Shown here: piece by piece, positions 36,824-45,781 of the stretch
How positions within the stretch are numbered: position 1 is the first letter of the stretch
Layout of the letters: each line of letters starts with the position of its first letter
Virus record (IMG/VR): IMGVR_UViG_3300025133_000028
DNA length: 64,000 bases
DNA from: a virus
Reading direction: 5' to 3' (one strand)
Translations under genes and position numbers: made by a program
Notes under the pieces: model-generated
Database searches by the model: none
What the model was told of the DNA's origin: nothing
Seen by the model: only the letters and a program-made list of their open reading frames with translations

Positions 36824-37023
36824 ACGAACATGAATTAATGAAACTCAAATTTGACGGTGGTTGGTATTACATGCAAATGTATGACGGAACTTTCGTTGTT
36901 GGGTATTTGTTAGACATGAAAACTGGCGTGTTTGGAATAATTTATTCAGTCGTGTGTGCTGACGATAAAACAATTGTGGATGTTGACCCCGAAGAAATAG
37001 AAAGTGTGATGCAACTTATTTAG
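36820..37023 (+). CDS. hypothetical protein
   Basis: ATGA overlap with the upstream stop. Confidence 0.5.
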   Translation: MNEHELMKLKFDGGWYYMQMYDGTFVVGYLLDMKTGVFGIIYSVVCADDKTIVDVDPEEIESVMQLI

Positions 37024-37058
37024 CTGGTTAACGCCAGCGTTTTTTATAGGATACTATA

Positions 37059-37868
37059 ATGCGCAGTCAACTAATAGTATGGAGTAAGGACAGAGCCTGT
37101 CAATTACACCTATTGCTTGAAAGTATTAAAACATATGTTCCAGACCATTTTGAAATTGATATTATATACACATGGTCTAACGAAAAATACAAAGAAGCAT
37201 ATGATAAGTTGATAAAAATATCTGATTCTCATATTCAATGGGTTATAGAAACTCGTGATTTACAGACAGAAACTGAATTTCTTATCAATCAAGAGAAAAA
37301 TAACCATATTTGCTTTAGCACAGACGATATGGTGTTTTGGCGAGAACCAGAAGGTTTGGCAAAATTGCCGGAATTTGACCACGAAGTTTTTTCTTACCGT
37401 TTAGGTCAAAACACAGTAGTTCAGGATTGTCACAGACGTACTTTCCAGCCTCCTTTATGCCAACCTCACAGAGTAGATTGTTACGTGGGTTGGGATATTC
37501 GCGGATATCATCCCTTGCATAATTACGGGTATCCACTTGCACTTGACACCCACGTTTTTACTAAGCGTAAGTTTCTTGAATTATCAGAAAGATTTGTCTG
37601 GAACAACACGAACTCCCTAGAAAGTGGTTTGCATAAATATTCAAACGAGACTTATATAATATATTCTTACGAAACCAGCACAGCGGTCAATATTCCGGCC
37701 AATAACATGAGTAGGATTACGATTGCTGGACAAGAATTCGGATATACAACCAGTTTTTTAAATGATTTGTTCCTTGAAGGAAAAAAGATTAGTCTTGCAG
37801 AAGTAAGTAAACAAAAAATTATTGGGTGTCATCAGGAAATGCCTTACGTGTTTATAGGGAGAAAATAA
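37059..37868 (+). CDS. GT-A-like glycosyltransferase
   Basis: SKDRACQLHLLLES, FSTDD, FSYRLG, YGYPLALDTHVF. Confidence 0.6.
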   Translation: MRSQLIVWSKDRACQLHLLLESIKTYVPDHFEIDIIYTWSNEKYKEAYDKLIKISDSHIQWVIETRDLQTETEFLINQEKNNHICFSTDDMVFWREPEGLAKLPEFDHEVFSYRLGQNTVVQDCHRRTFQPPLCQPHRVDCYVGWDIRGYHPLHNYGYPLALDTHVFTKRKFLELSERFVWNNTNSLESGLHKYSNETYIIYSYETSTAVNIPANNMSRITIAGQEFGYTTSFLNDLFLEGKKISLAEVSKQKIIGCHQEMPYVFIGRK

Positions 37869-38167
37869 TGACAATGGATATCGAAGTAAAAGGTTCTCAT
37901 ACAGAAGAAAAACGAGTTAAAGCAAAGGATTGTTTTGGTGCTGATTACGGTGTTGTGTTTCAACAATATTTTCATGGTAAACCACAAAAAACGTACTTGA
38001 TTGGAACAGGACATGCAGACAGACCTATTAGTGTCTGGTGGGACGAAGAAGAAAAAGAATACAAAATCTCTTCAGAATCTAAAAAAGAACTAAAAGAATA
38101 TCTGCCCTGGGTCCAATTCAAAAAACTTCCTAATGCTCGTGTCAGACTGGAGTTAGACTGTGGATAG
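37868..38167 (+). CDS. hypothetical protein
   Basis: SD GGGAG, ATG 37868. Confidence 0.5.
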   Translation: MTMDIEVKGSHTEEKRVKAKDCFGADYGVVFQQYFHGKPQKTYLIGTGHADRPISVWWDEEEKEYKISSESKKELKEYLPWVQFKKLPNARVRLELDCG

Positions 38168-38567
38168 ATTAAAATTTCGTGTTTGGTCTAAAAGTCAGGA
38201 AAGATTTTTAAATCATACAGAACAAGACCCGATGATTGATTGTCAGGGAGATGTTTCTGTTTATGATAGAGAAACTAAAGAATGGCATTGTGTGGTACAT
38301 AATCCAGATTTTGTAGTACAACAATGTACTGGTGTTAAAGATATTAACGGAGAATTAATTTATGAGGGAGATATTTGCAAAGCCAAAAAACCAAACTCTT
38401 ATCTTAATAATGAAGATTGTGAAATTAGATGGGACGAGAGAGGAAGATGGGTTTACTTTTTACCTAGAATAAATAGATATGCTACAGCCGGAAACAAAAC
38501 ACCATATCAAATTGGATGTCAAGGAAATTCTAGATGTGAAATCATAGGAAATATTTTTATCAAATGA
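38160..38567 (+). CDS. YopX family protein
   Basis: LKFRVW...QCTGVKDINGELIYEGDI...EIIGNI. Confidence 0.9.
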   Translation: MDRLKFRVWSKSQERFLNHTEQDPMIDCQGDVSVYDRETKEWHCVVHNPDFVVQQCTGVKDINGELIYEGDICKAKKPNSYLNNEDCEIRWDERGRWVYFLPRINRYATAGNKTPYQIGCQGNSRCEIIGNIFIK

Positions 38568-39133
38568 CTTTAATTAATAAAATACAAAAAGAAAGACCAG
38601 ATTGGACATCACAGTTCATTCTTCATGCTTTTCACTGTTCTTTACGTAGTCATGATGCTCAAACTCAATGTGGTGCTGTACTGGTTGCTTCAGACAATAC
38701 TATTATTAGCGATGGTTATAACGGTTTTATTCGTGGGATTGACGACAACAAACTACCTAACCTACGACCAACCAAACCAAAAGATTACGGTAACCCAACT
38801 CAAGATAAATACATCTTTATGATTCATAGTGAACACAACGCTATACTTAACGCAGCCAGACAAGGTAAAAGTACTTTAGGAGCAACAGTTTACGTAACGG
38901 GTGAGCCTTGTTGTAATTGTTTGCAGTATATGATACAAGCTGGTATCACAAAAATCGTTTTTACTAATGTTAATAAAGCTAATATGACGGTTGTAAATCC
39001 AGACTACAAAAAGACTTTTGACTTAATAGTAGAACTTACTGGTATAGACATAGAAGAAATAGACATAGATAAAATTAACCCACAGTTCTTGTTAGAAAAA
39101 CTTTCCAAAATTTTTGTTGACAAACCAACGTAA
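38564..39133 (+). CDS. dCMP deaminase
   Basis: GAVLV, GYNG, HSEHNA, PCCNC, IQAGI. Confidence 0.92.
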   Translation: MTLINKIQKERPDWTSQFILHAFHCSLRSHDAQTQCGAVLVASDNTIISDGYNGFIRGIDDNKLPNLRPTKPKDYGNPTQDKYIFMIHSEHNAILNAARQGKSTLGATVYVTGEPCCNCLQYMIQAGITKIVFTNVNKANMTVVNPDYKKTFDLIVELTGIDIEEIDIDKINPQFLLEKLSKIFVDKPT

Positions 39134-39147
39134 GTGGCGTATATATT
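39117..39147 (+). promoter_or_regulatory. sigma70-like promoter upstream of the RNR leader
   Basis: TTGACA at 39117 followed by a TATATATT box at 39140-39147. Confidence 0.6.
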
Positions 39148-39149
39148 AG

Positions 39150-39345
39150 TAGCCGGGGACAAAAAACCTTTGGGTAAATCCCAAAGGATAAAGGCAACAC
39201 ACCCTCGGATTGCTTAATCGCTCTTAGCAAATTAAATTACTTACTGACTATCTTGTCAGAATACTTGGGTTCGACTCCCACAATTTATAAATAGGCAAAT
39301 AACTATGGTACTTGAAGCTAAGATTTAAACGTGTTGTCTCAAAAC
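39150..39345 (+). ncRNA. structured leader RNA upstream of the class II RNR
   Basis: Several helices, a T-loop hairpin and a 9-bp long-range pairing (see findings). Confidence 0.45.
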
Positions 39346-39349
39346 CAAC

Positions 39350-39381
39350 AAGACTCGTCTTTTAAAAGAGGCGAGTCTTTT
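39350..39381 (+). terminator. intrinsic terminator/attenuator just before the RNR start
   Basis: AAGACTCGTCT...AGGCGAGTCTT followed by TT. Confidence 0.7.
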
Positions 39382-39413
39382 CTTATTAATACCAACATTT
39401 TAGAGGATAATAA

Positions 39414-42400
39414 ATGCACACTTATGAAGAGGCGTATGAGACAAGTAAAGAATATTTTGGTGGTAATGAGTTAGCAGCTAAGGTTTTTGTAGATAAATAT
39501 TCGTTAAAAAATGAGATAGGTGAAATTCTTGAAAAAACACCTACAAGTATGCATAAAAGATTGGCTAAAGAATTTGCTCGAATAGAAAAAAAGAAATTCA
39601 AAACACCATTAACCAAAGAAGAAATATTTGACTTGTTTGATAATTTTAAATATATTGTTCCTCAAGGTAGTCCAATGAGTGGGATTGGCAATAACTATAA
39701 CTATCAATCATTAGGTAATTGTTTTACTTTAGGCAATCATCCTGTAGATTCATATGGCGGTATTTTATATGCTGACCAAATGTTAGTACAGTTAAGTAAA
39801 AGGCGATGCGGTGTTGGTGCTCATATAAACAATATTAGACCAAAAGGTTTGCCAACAAAAAATGCAGCTATTACTACAGATGGTATTTCTGTATTTATGG
39901 AGCGATTCTCTAACAGTATTCGCGAAGTCGCACAATCAGGCAGAAGAGGAGCACTTCTTTTAGGATTGTCTGCATACCATCCAGAGATAGAAACTTTTAT
40001 CAATATCAAAAAAGATAAGACAAAAGTTACAGGTGCTAATCTATCTGTGCTATTACCTAATAATTTTATACAAGCGGTGGAACAAGACGAAGAATACGAA
40101 CAAAAATGGCCAATTGATTCTGAGACTCCGTTAGTTTCTCAAATGGTTAACGCTAAAAAAATATGGAATCAAATCATTAATGCTGCTTGGGAATCTGCCG
40201 AACCAGGACTATTGTTTATTGACAACATACAAAAATATAGCACTTCACACTGTTATGGTAAGGTAGATGAAAGGTTTTTAGACCTAATCCCAAATCCGTG
40301 TTTTCCAGCAAGCGAATATTTACTAACAAATAAAGGATATGTATCTTTTGGACAATTGTTTAAACAAGGTAATAATAATAAGATATTAGCAGACGCTCGT
40401 ATATCTTATAATAATGTTGGAGAAGAACGTGTTGAAAATTGGAAAATAAACTCCCAAAAACACGGAACAATTCAAAGAAATGCTAGTCATGTATTTTTAA
40501 CACAAAAAAAAGCTGACACAATAGAAATAGAAACCAAAAAAGGATTTAAACTGTCGTGTACGCCAGACCATCATATTGCAACAACTACAGGTATGATTGA
40601 AGCAAGTCAATTAATTAAAAATGATGATATACTAATATCGATTCCTAATCAAAATACAAAATCAATTAAAAACAGATTACCAAAAACAGAAAAAGAAATA
40701 TTGTCATTTCTAATAGGTTTGATTTCTGGAGACGGATGTATTGATAATAGTAAAAAAAATATACATCTTGATTTTTGGGAAGATGATAGATATCGTATGA
40801 CAGACATAGTTGTAAAGCTTATTAAAAAACTTCACAATAAATTAGGAGACAGATATGGATTGTCTAACAGAAAATTAAAAATATCTAGAATTTATGATGT
40901 ACAAAAAGAAAGAAAAATAAGAATTTCATCTTCTTGGTTGTTTAATGTACTTTCAGAATATGGTTTTAATAAACAAACAAAACATATGGTTCCTGATTTT
41001 ATATTAAATAATTGTGTAGGTAATATAGGCAAATATTATTTGTCTGGTATGATGTATACAGATGGAACTATTGGAGGAAGTGTAAGTTCTGGATATTCGG
41101 TAAGATTAAATCAAAGTAATAAAAAAATGCTACATAAAATACAAATGATTTTTCATGCTAATGGTATTTTAATGGGTTTATACAAAAGAAGAGACGAACA
41201 AAACCGTATGATGCCGGACGGCAAAGGCGGATATAAATCATATAAAACAAAAACAAATTATGAATTAATTAGTATATGTGGTAGTATAGTTAAATATATG
41301 TCAGAAATAGGGTTTTTTGGAGACAAAAACAAAGAGTCTAAATTTAATAAAAATCATAATTATAGAATCAAATTAAATTACACAGATAAAATTAAAAAAA
41401 TAACATTTAAAAATCAAGAACCAGTATTTTGCATTAAAGAAGATATTGGAAGGAATATTATTGTTAATGGTATTTCTGCAAGAAGATGCGGCGAAGTACC
41501 AATGGGATTTGATGCATGTAGGCTAATGTTATTAAATCTGTTTTCTTATGTAGATAAACCTTTTACTAAATCCGCTAAGTTTGATTACAAAAAATTTGAT
41601 GAACATTGTATTACAGCACAAAGACTAATGGATGACATGGTAGATTTAGAATTAGAAAAAATGGATAAGATAATCAAAAAGATTAAATCTGACCCAGAAC
41701 CTGATAATATTAAACAATTAGAACTTGAAATGTGGGAGTCATATAAAGAAACTGCCGAACTAGGACGTAGAACTGGACTTGGTATTACTGGACTTGGCGA
41801 TTGTTTAGCTGCTTTAGGAATTCAATACGGTTCTAAAAAATCTATTAGAAAAACAGAAGAAATATACAAGAGAATGGCTATATCTTCTATGAAATCGTCA
41901 TGTCTACTAGCTAAAGAACTTGGTGCTTTTCCTTTGTTTAATCCCACCGTTGAACAAGATAACATTTTCATGAATCGTATTTTTGATGCGTCTGAAGAAG
42001 TTAAAATTTTACACCAACAGTATGGCAGACGTAATATTTCCTTGACAACCACCGCTCCTGCCGGTAGTGTTAGTATTATGACCCAAACGACTTCTGGTAT
42101 TGAACCTGCTTTTATGTTAGAATATACCCGAAGAAGAAAAATAAATAACGATTCTGAAAAATGTGATTTCGTGGATGCTTCTGGCGATAAGTGGGAACAT
42201 AACAAAGTAGTCCATCATCACTTGCAGACATGGCGGGATTTAAGTCAAAAAGACAATATTGAGGATTCTCCGTATCATAAGGCTACTTCAAACGACATTG
42301 ACTGGAAAGCTAGTGTAGAATTACAGTCTGTTGCTCAAAAGTGGATTACTCACTCTATTAGTAAAACATGTAATATTCCTAGCGATTCCACAAAAGAACT

Positions 42401-43010
42401 AGTTGCGGAAATTTACTTGGCTGCTGCTAAAAGTGGATGTAAAGGCTTTACTGTATATCGCGATGGTTGTAGAGACGGTGTTTTAGTTGCTGACACAGAA
42501 GTAAAGTTACCACCCAATAGGCCAAAAGAACTAGATTGTGATGTTTACCACACTACAGTTCGCGGACAAGAATATTTTGTGTTAGTTGGATTGTACAAAA
42601 ACAAACCATACGAAGTATTCGCTGGTAAGAATGGTATTATTCACAAAAAAGTTAAGACTGGCAAAATTACTAGGAAACGTAAAGATTTTTACAAAGCGGT
42701 GTTTGATGACGAAAATGAACTATCTCCAATTACGGCATGTATGGAAGAAATGGAAGAATGTATTTCCAGACTTACGTCTAGTCTTTTACGTAGTGGTTCA
42801 GATATGAACTTTATTGTAACACAACTAGAAAAGGTTGGTGAAAGACAAACAGAAATGCATACTTTTGCTAAGTGTCTTGCTCGCGTACTCAAAAAGTATA
42901 TTCCAGACGGGACAGAAACTGGAGATAAATGCCCAGAATGTGGTGATAAACTTATTAGGGAAAGTGGTTGCCAATCGTGTAAATCATGCCCTTATGCTAA
43001 ATGTGGTTAA
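39414..43010 (+). CDS. nrdJ: class II (adenosylcobalamin-dependent) ribonucleotide reductase with intein
   Basis: PQGS, GNC, GRRGA, GANLSV, AEPG, NP|CGE, RRTGLG, APAG, TSGIEP, ISKT, KGFTVYRDG; C-terminal TSCPD-like domain and Zn ribbon. Confidence 0.9.
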   Translation: MHTYEEAYETSKEYFGGNELAAKVFVDKYSLKNEIGEILEKTPTSMHKRLAKEFARIEKKKFKTPLTKEEIFDLFDNFKYIVPQGSPMSGIGNNYNYQSLGNCFTLGNHPVDSYGGILYADQMLVQLSKRRCGVGAHINNIRPKGLPTKNAAITTDGISVFMERFSNSIREVAQSGRRGALLLGLSAYHPEIETFINIKKDKTKVTGANLSVLLPNNFIQAVEQDEEYEQKWPIDSETPLVSQMVNAKKIWNQIINAAWESAEPGLLFIDNIQKYSTSHCYGKVDERFLDLIPNPCFPASEYLLTNKGYVSFGQLFKQGNNNKILADARISYNNVGEERVENWKINSQKHGTIQRNASHVFLTQKKADTIEIETKKGFKLSCTPDHHIATTTGMIEASQLIKNDDILISIPNQNTKSIKNRLPKTEKEILSFLIGLISGDGCIDNSKKNIHLDFWEDDRYRMTDIVVKLIKKLHNKLGDRYGLSNRKLKISRIYDVQKERKIRISSSWLFNVLSEYGFNKQTKHMVPDFILNNCVGNIGKYYLSGMMYTDGTIGGSVSSGYSVRLNQSNKKMLHKIQMIFHANGILMGLYKRRDEQNRMMPDGKGGYKSYKTKTNYELISICGSIVKYMSEIGFFGDKNKESKFNKNHNYRIKLNYTDKIKKITFKNQEPVFCIKEDIGRNIIVNGISARRCGEVPMGFDACRLMLLNLFSYVDKPFTKSAKFDYKKFDEHCITAQRLMDDMVDLELEKMDKIIKKIKSDPEPDNIKQLELEMWESYKETAELGRRTGLGITGLGDCLAALGIQYGSKKSIRKTEEIYKRMAISSMKSSCLLAKELGAFPLFNPTVEQDNIFMNRIFDASEEVKILHQQYGRRNISLTTTAPAGSVSIMTQTTSGIEPAFMLEYTRRRKINNDSEKCDFVDASGDKWEHNKVVHHHLQTWRDLSQKDNIEDSPYHKATSNDIDWKASVELQSVAQKWITHSISKTCNIPSDSTKELVAEIYLAAAKSGCKGFTVYRDGCRDGVLVADTEVKLPPNRPKELDCDVYHTTVRGQEYFVLVGLYKNKPYEVFAGKNGIIHKKVKTGKITRKRKDFYKAVFDDENELSPITACMEEMEECISRLTSSLLRSGSDMNFIVTQLEKVGERQTEMHTFAKCLARVLKKYIPDGTETGDKCPECGDKLIRESGCQSCKSCPYAKCG
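40299..41486 (+). mobile_element. intein (396 aa) with LAGLIDADG homing endonuclease in the RNR active-site NPC motif; ends in Arg
   Basis: Block A CFPASEYLLT, block B CTPDH, LAGLIDADG-like LIGLISGDG and YLSGMMYTDG, block F/G VFCI...IVNGISARR|C. Lower GC than the exteins. Confidence 0.9.
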
Positions 43011-43021
43011 AGGAAAATATT

Positions 43022-43579
43022 ATGGATATTGCTTGTAGCGAAACTTACAACTTCGATGATGTGTATTTAGCTCCACCAATAGATTTAACTAGACAACATC
43101 ATATACACAGCATAGAAGTTAGTAAGGATTTAGGAAGAGAAGAAATCAACGAACTAGGTAGAAGAGGACCATATTTTAAATATGTAAATTTTCCAATTGG
43201 AATTACAAAGGAGTTAGGACTTGTGGCAATAGTACCAGACGTATCGAAATTTGGCGGATTTGATTTATACCAACATTTAGCTTCTGAAACTGCAATTTAT
43301 CCAGAAGAACAACGCATTACTTACCCCGCTTTGGGATTGTGTGGTGAATCTGGAGAAGTTGCTGAGAAAGTTAAAAAACTATTTCGGGATGATAATGGCG
43401 AATTATCAGAAGAAAGACGAGAAGCACTTAAAAAAGAAATTGGTGATTGTTTCTGGTATTTAGCTGCTCTTGCTAAGGATTTAGACATTAGTTTGGCTGA
43501 TGCTGCTCATGCCAATCTGGTTAAACTATTTGACCGCAGAGACAGAGGAGTACTCAAAGGCGACGGCGATAATCGTTAA
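43022..43579 (+). CDS. MazG-like NTP pyrophosphohydrolase (probable own start at GTG 43223, in-frame upstream extension)
   Basis: ALGLCGESGEVAEKVKK...EIGDCFWY...N..KL..R..RG...GDGDNR; internal SD AAGGAG before the GTG. Confidence 0.85.
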   Translation: MDIACSETYNFDDVYLAPPIDLTRQHHIHSIEVSKDLGREEINELGRRGPYFKYVNFPIGITKELGLVAIVPDVSKFGGFDLYQHLASETAIYPEEQRITYPALGLCGESGEVAEKVKKLFRDDNGELSEERREALKKEIGDCFWYLAALAKDLDISLADAAHANLVKLFDRRDRGVLKGDGDNR

Positions 43580-43595
43580 AATTTGATTTTTTTGT

Positions 43596-43623
43596 TTGAC
43601 AAAAGCCAGTAAAGAGGTATATT
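43596..43623 (+). promoter_or_regulatory. sigma70-like promoter
   Basis: TTGACA-16nt-TATATT. Confidence 0.6.
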
Positions 43624-43682
43624 TTCCTAGAAGACGTTGTTTTCCCGCTTGGGAAATTGTATTAAAACAAGAAAGTATTATC

Positions 43683-44258
43683 ATGAAAAATCATTCAGTA
43701 CTAGTATTAAACTCGAATTGGCAACCTTTTGATATCTGGGGATGGCAAAGAGCTATGGTCAAATTACTTAAGGGGAATGTGTACATGGCGGAAAAATATG
43801 ATTGGACCATTAGGGATGGTAAAGGTCAAGAATACGATGTTCCTTGTGTGTTGGTTTTAAAGAAGTATATTAATGCTCATAATAAACCAGCACCTTACGG
43901 CAAAAGAAACATTGCTGCTCGTGATGGATATACGTGTCAATACTGCGGAGAAATGTTTCCTAGTAGAGAATTAACTATCGACCACGTTATTCCTAGGTCT
44001 AAGTGGAAAAAGCTTGGAAGTGGAGGAAGTCCAAATAAGATGACTAATGCTGTTGCTAGTTGTGAAACCTGCAATAGAAAAAAGGGAGATAGGACTCCGA
44101 AAGAAGCAAATATGATGCTTTTAAGTGAGCCTAAGAATATACTTCAGAGTAAAGCTTTTGTTTTAAAGTTCATTCATACTAAGATTCCACAAGAATGGCT
44201 AGACTACATTACAATTGAAGGTAAAAAACATATAGATGGCAAGAAAAAGAAAGCGTAA
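43683..44258 (+). CDS. HNH endonuclease (McrA-like)
   Basis: VLVLN, RDGYTCQYCG, TIDHVIPRS, N...CETCNRKKG. Confidence 0.9.
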   Translation: MKNHSVLVLNSNWQPFDIWGWQRAMVKLLKGNVYMAEKYDWTIRDGKGQEYDVPCVLVLKKYINAHNKPAPYGKRNIAARDGYTCQYCGEMFPSRELTIDHVIPRSKWKKLGSGGSPNKMTNAVASCETCNRKKGDRTPKEANMMLLSEPKNILQSKAFVLKFIHTKIPQEWLDYITIEGKKHIDGKKKKA

Positions 44259-44931
44259 GAATCAAGTTACACAACAAAGAAAAGACCAAGATTTTAAAGC
44301 AAAAACAAGTGGTCAAACAGAATACGTTAGAGCTATCGCAGAAAACAGATTGGTAATATGCACTGGTCCTCCAGGCACAGGTAAAACTAGCTGTGCTATT
44401 GGAGTCGCTTGCGAAAGATTAAAAGCCAATCAAATTAAGCGTATCGTTATTTCTAGACCAACTGTTGAAACTTCTAAAAGGGGTTTGGGTTTTATACCTG
44501 GAAAACTAGAAGAAAAATTCAGTGCTTATACTAGACCAGTAATAGCCGAACTTAAGAAGTATCTAGGTATAACCAAATACAATTCTCATTGTTATGCTGG
44601 TTCTATTATTTTTGAGCCACTAGAATATATGAGAGGAATGAACTATCATGACTCTTTTGTTATTCTGGACGAAGGTCAAAACGCGGAATATGAACAGCTT
44701 AAAATGTTCGTGACTCGTATGGGTCAAAACTCAACCTTTGTTATAAACGGAGACCTTAAACAAAACGACTTATGGGATAGAAACGACAAGCTATTCCACG
44801 ACGAAATTGGTCTTTATGATGTGATTACTAAATTGGAAAACATTAATGGCGTATCTCATGTTAAGTTACAAAACTCTGATATTGTCAGAGACCCATTTAT
44901 TGGGGTTTTAGCTCAAGCGTTAGATGAATAA
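44236..44931 (+). CDS. phoH: PhoH family ATPase
   Basis: GPPGTGKT, SRP, LGFIPG, YMRG, LDEGQN, TRMG, NGDLKQ, DIVR. Confidence 0.93.
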   Translation: MARKRKRKNQVTQQRKDQDFKAKTSGQTEYVRAIAENRLVICTGPPGTGKTSCAIGVACERLKANQIKRIVISRPTVETSKRGLGFIPGKLEEKFSAYTRPVIAELKKYLGITKYNSHCYAGSIIFEPLEYMRGMNYHDSFVILDEGQNAEYEQLKMFVTRMGQNSTFVINGDLKQNDLWDRNDKLFHDEIGLYDVITKLENINGVSHVKLQNSDIVRDPFIGVLAQALDE

Positions 44932-45020
44932 AAACTTTGCAAAAAGTTGGAATTTTTCTGAGAATAAAAAGAAAAATGGCGTATACAAGGGATAGACGAA
45001 GGAAATAACGTACTTATTTT

Positions 45021-45056
45021 AAAGATTCCTTCATGTGTTTGAGGGAGTCTTTTTTT
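45021..45056 (+). terminator. intrinsic terminator
   Basis: AAAGATTCCTTCA-loop-TGAGGGAGTCTTT plus T-run. Confidence 0.65.
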
Positions 45057-45075
45057 ATTAAATGGAGAAAATTAA

Positions 45076-45324
45076 ATGATTGAAGCAGGATTTGTATTAT
45101 TTATGGAAAATCATTTTGGTCGTAAACCCAATATGTCAGAGGGTAAAGACCGAGATTTATACTCAGCGTGGAAACACGGCAGAGACCACGAAGACGTAGT
45201 GTTCGAGAAAGTTACAGAAACTGATGACAAATGGGCAAAATCCAAAAGCCTTGGAGCATACGAAGTGGACATGGACAGCATGTTAAAAGACACCAAAAAT
45301 TTACGAAGTGATTTTCAAAAATAA
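45076..45324 (+). CDS. hypothetical protein
   Basis: SD GGAG. Confidence 0.5.
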   Translation: MIEAGFVLFMENHFGRKPNMSEGKDRDLYSAWKHGRDHEDVVFEKVTETDDKWAKSKSLGAYEVDMDSMLKDTKNLRSDFQK

Positions 45325-45341
45325 CTTAAAGGAAAAATAAC

Positions 45342-45770
45342 ATTAAGACAATAATAGCTGGCGACCGTAATTTAAAAGAATACCAACACATAGTGGATGC
45401 TGTTAATATTTCCAAGTTTGAGATTACGGAAATAGTATCTGGAAAAGCCAGAGGGGCAGACGAACTTGGTGAACAGTGGGCCACAGAGAATGGTGTGCCA
45501 ATTAAACCGTTTGCTGCTAACTGGAATAATCTTACTCAGCCAGGAGCAGTAATTAAAATCAACAAGTGGGATAAAAAATACAACGCAAATGCCGGATTTT
45601 ATCGAAACCAAAAAATGGCTGAGTATGCTGATGCTTTGATTGCAATTCAAGTTGATGGTGATACTCCTGGTACTGGTGATATGATTAAAAGAGCTAAAGC
45701 AGAAGGATTGTCGGTCTTTGTGTATGAAGGGCCAGAAGAAAAAGACAAAGTATTTGCTTTTAGTTTTTAA
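45342..45770 (+). CDS. DUF2493/YspA SLOG-family protein, ATT start
   Basis: (I)KTIIAGDR...IVSGKARGAD...W...AG..RN..MA.YAD...GT..MI..A; in-frame stop at 45327; SD AAAGGA. Confidence 0.8.
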   Translation: MKTIIAGDRNLKEYQHIVDAVNISKFEITEIVSGKARGADELGEQWATENGVPIKPFAANWNNLTQPGAVIKINKWDKKYNANAGFYRNQKMAEYADALIAIQVDGDTPGTGDMIKRAKAEGLSVFVYEGPEEKDKVFAFSF

Positions 45771-45781
45771 GGAGAATAACA

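Noticed and set aside
39150-39345. Cobalamin riboswitch or tRNA gene in the RNR leader
   Set aside because: No B12-box consensus is recognised. The T-loop hairpin has no matching acceptor or anticodon arm, so it is kept only as an unassigned structured leader.
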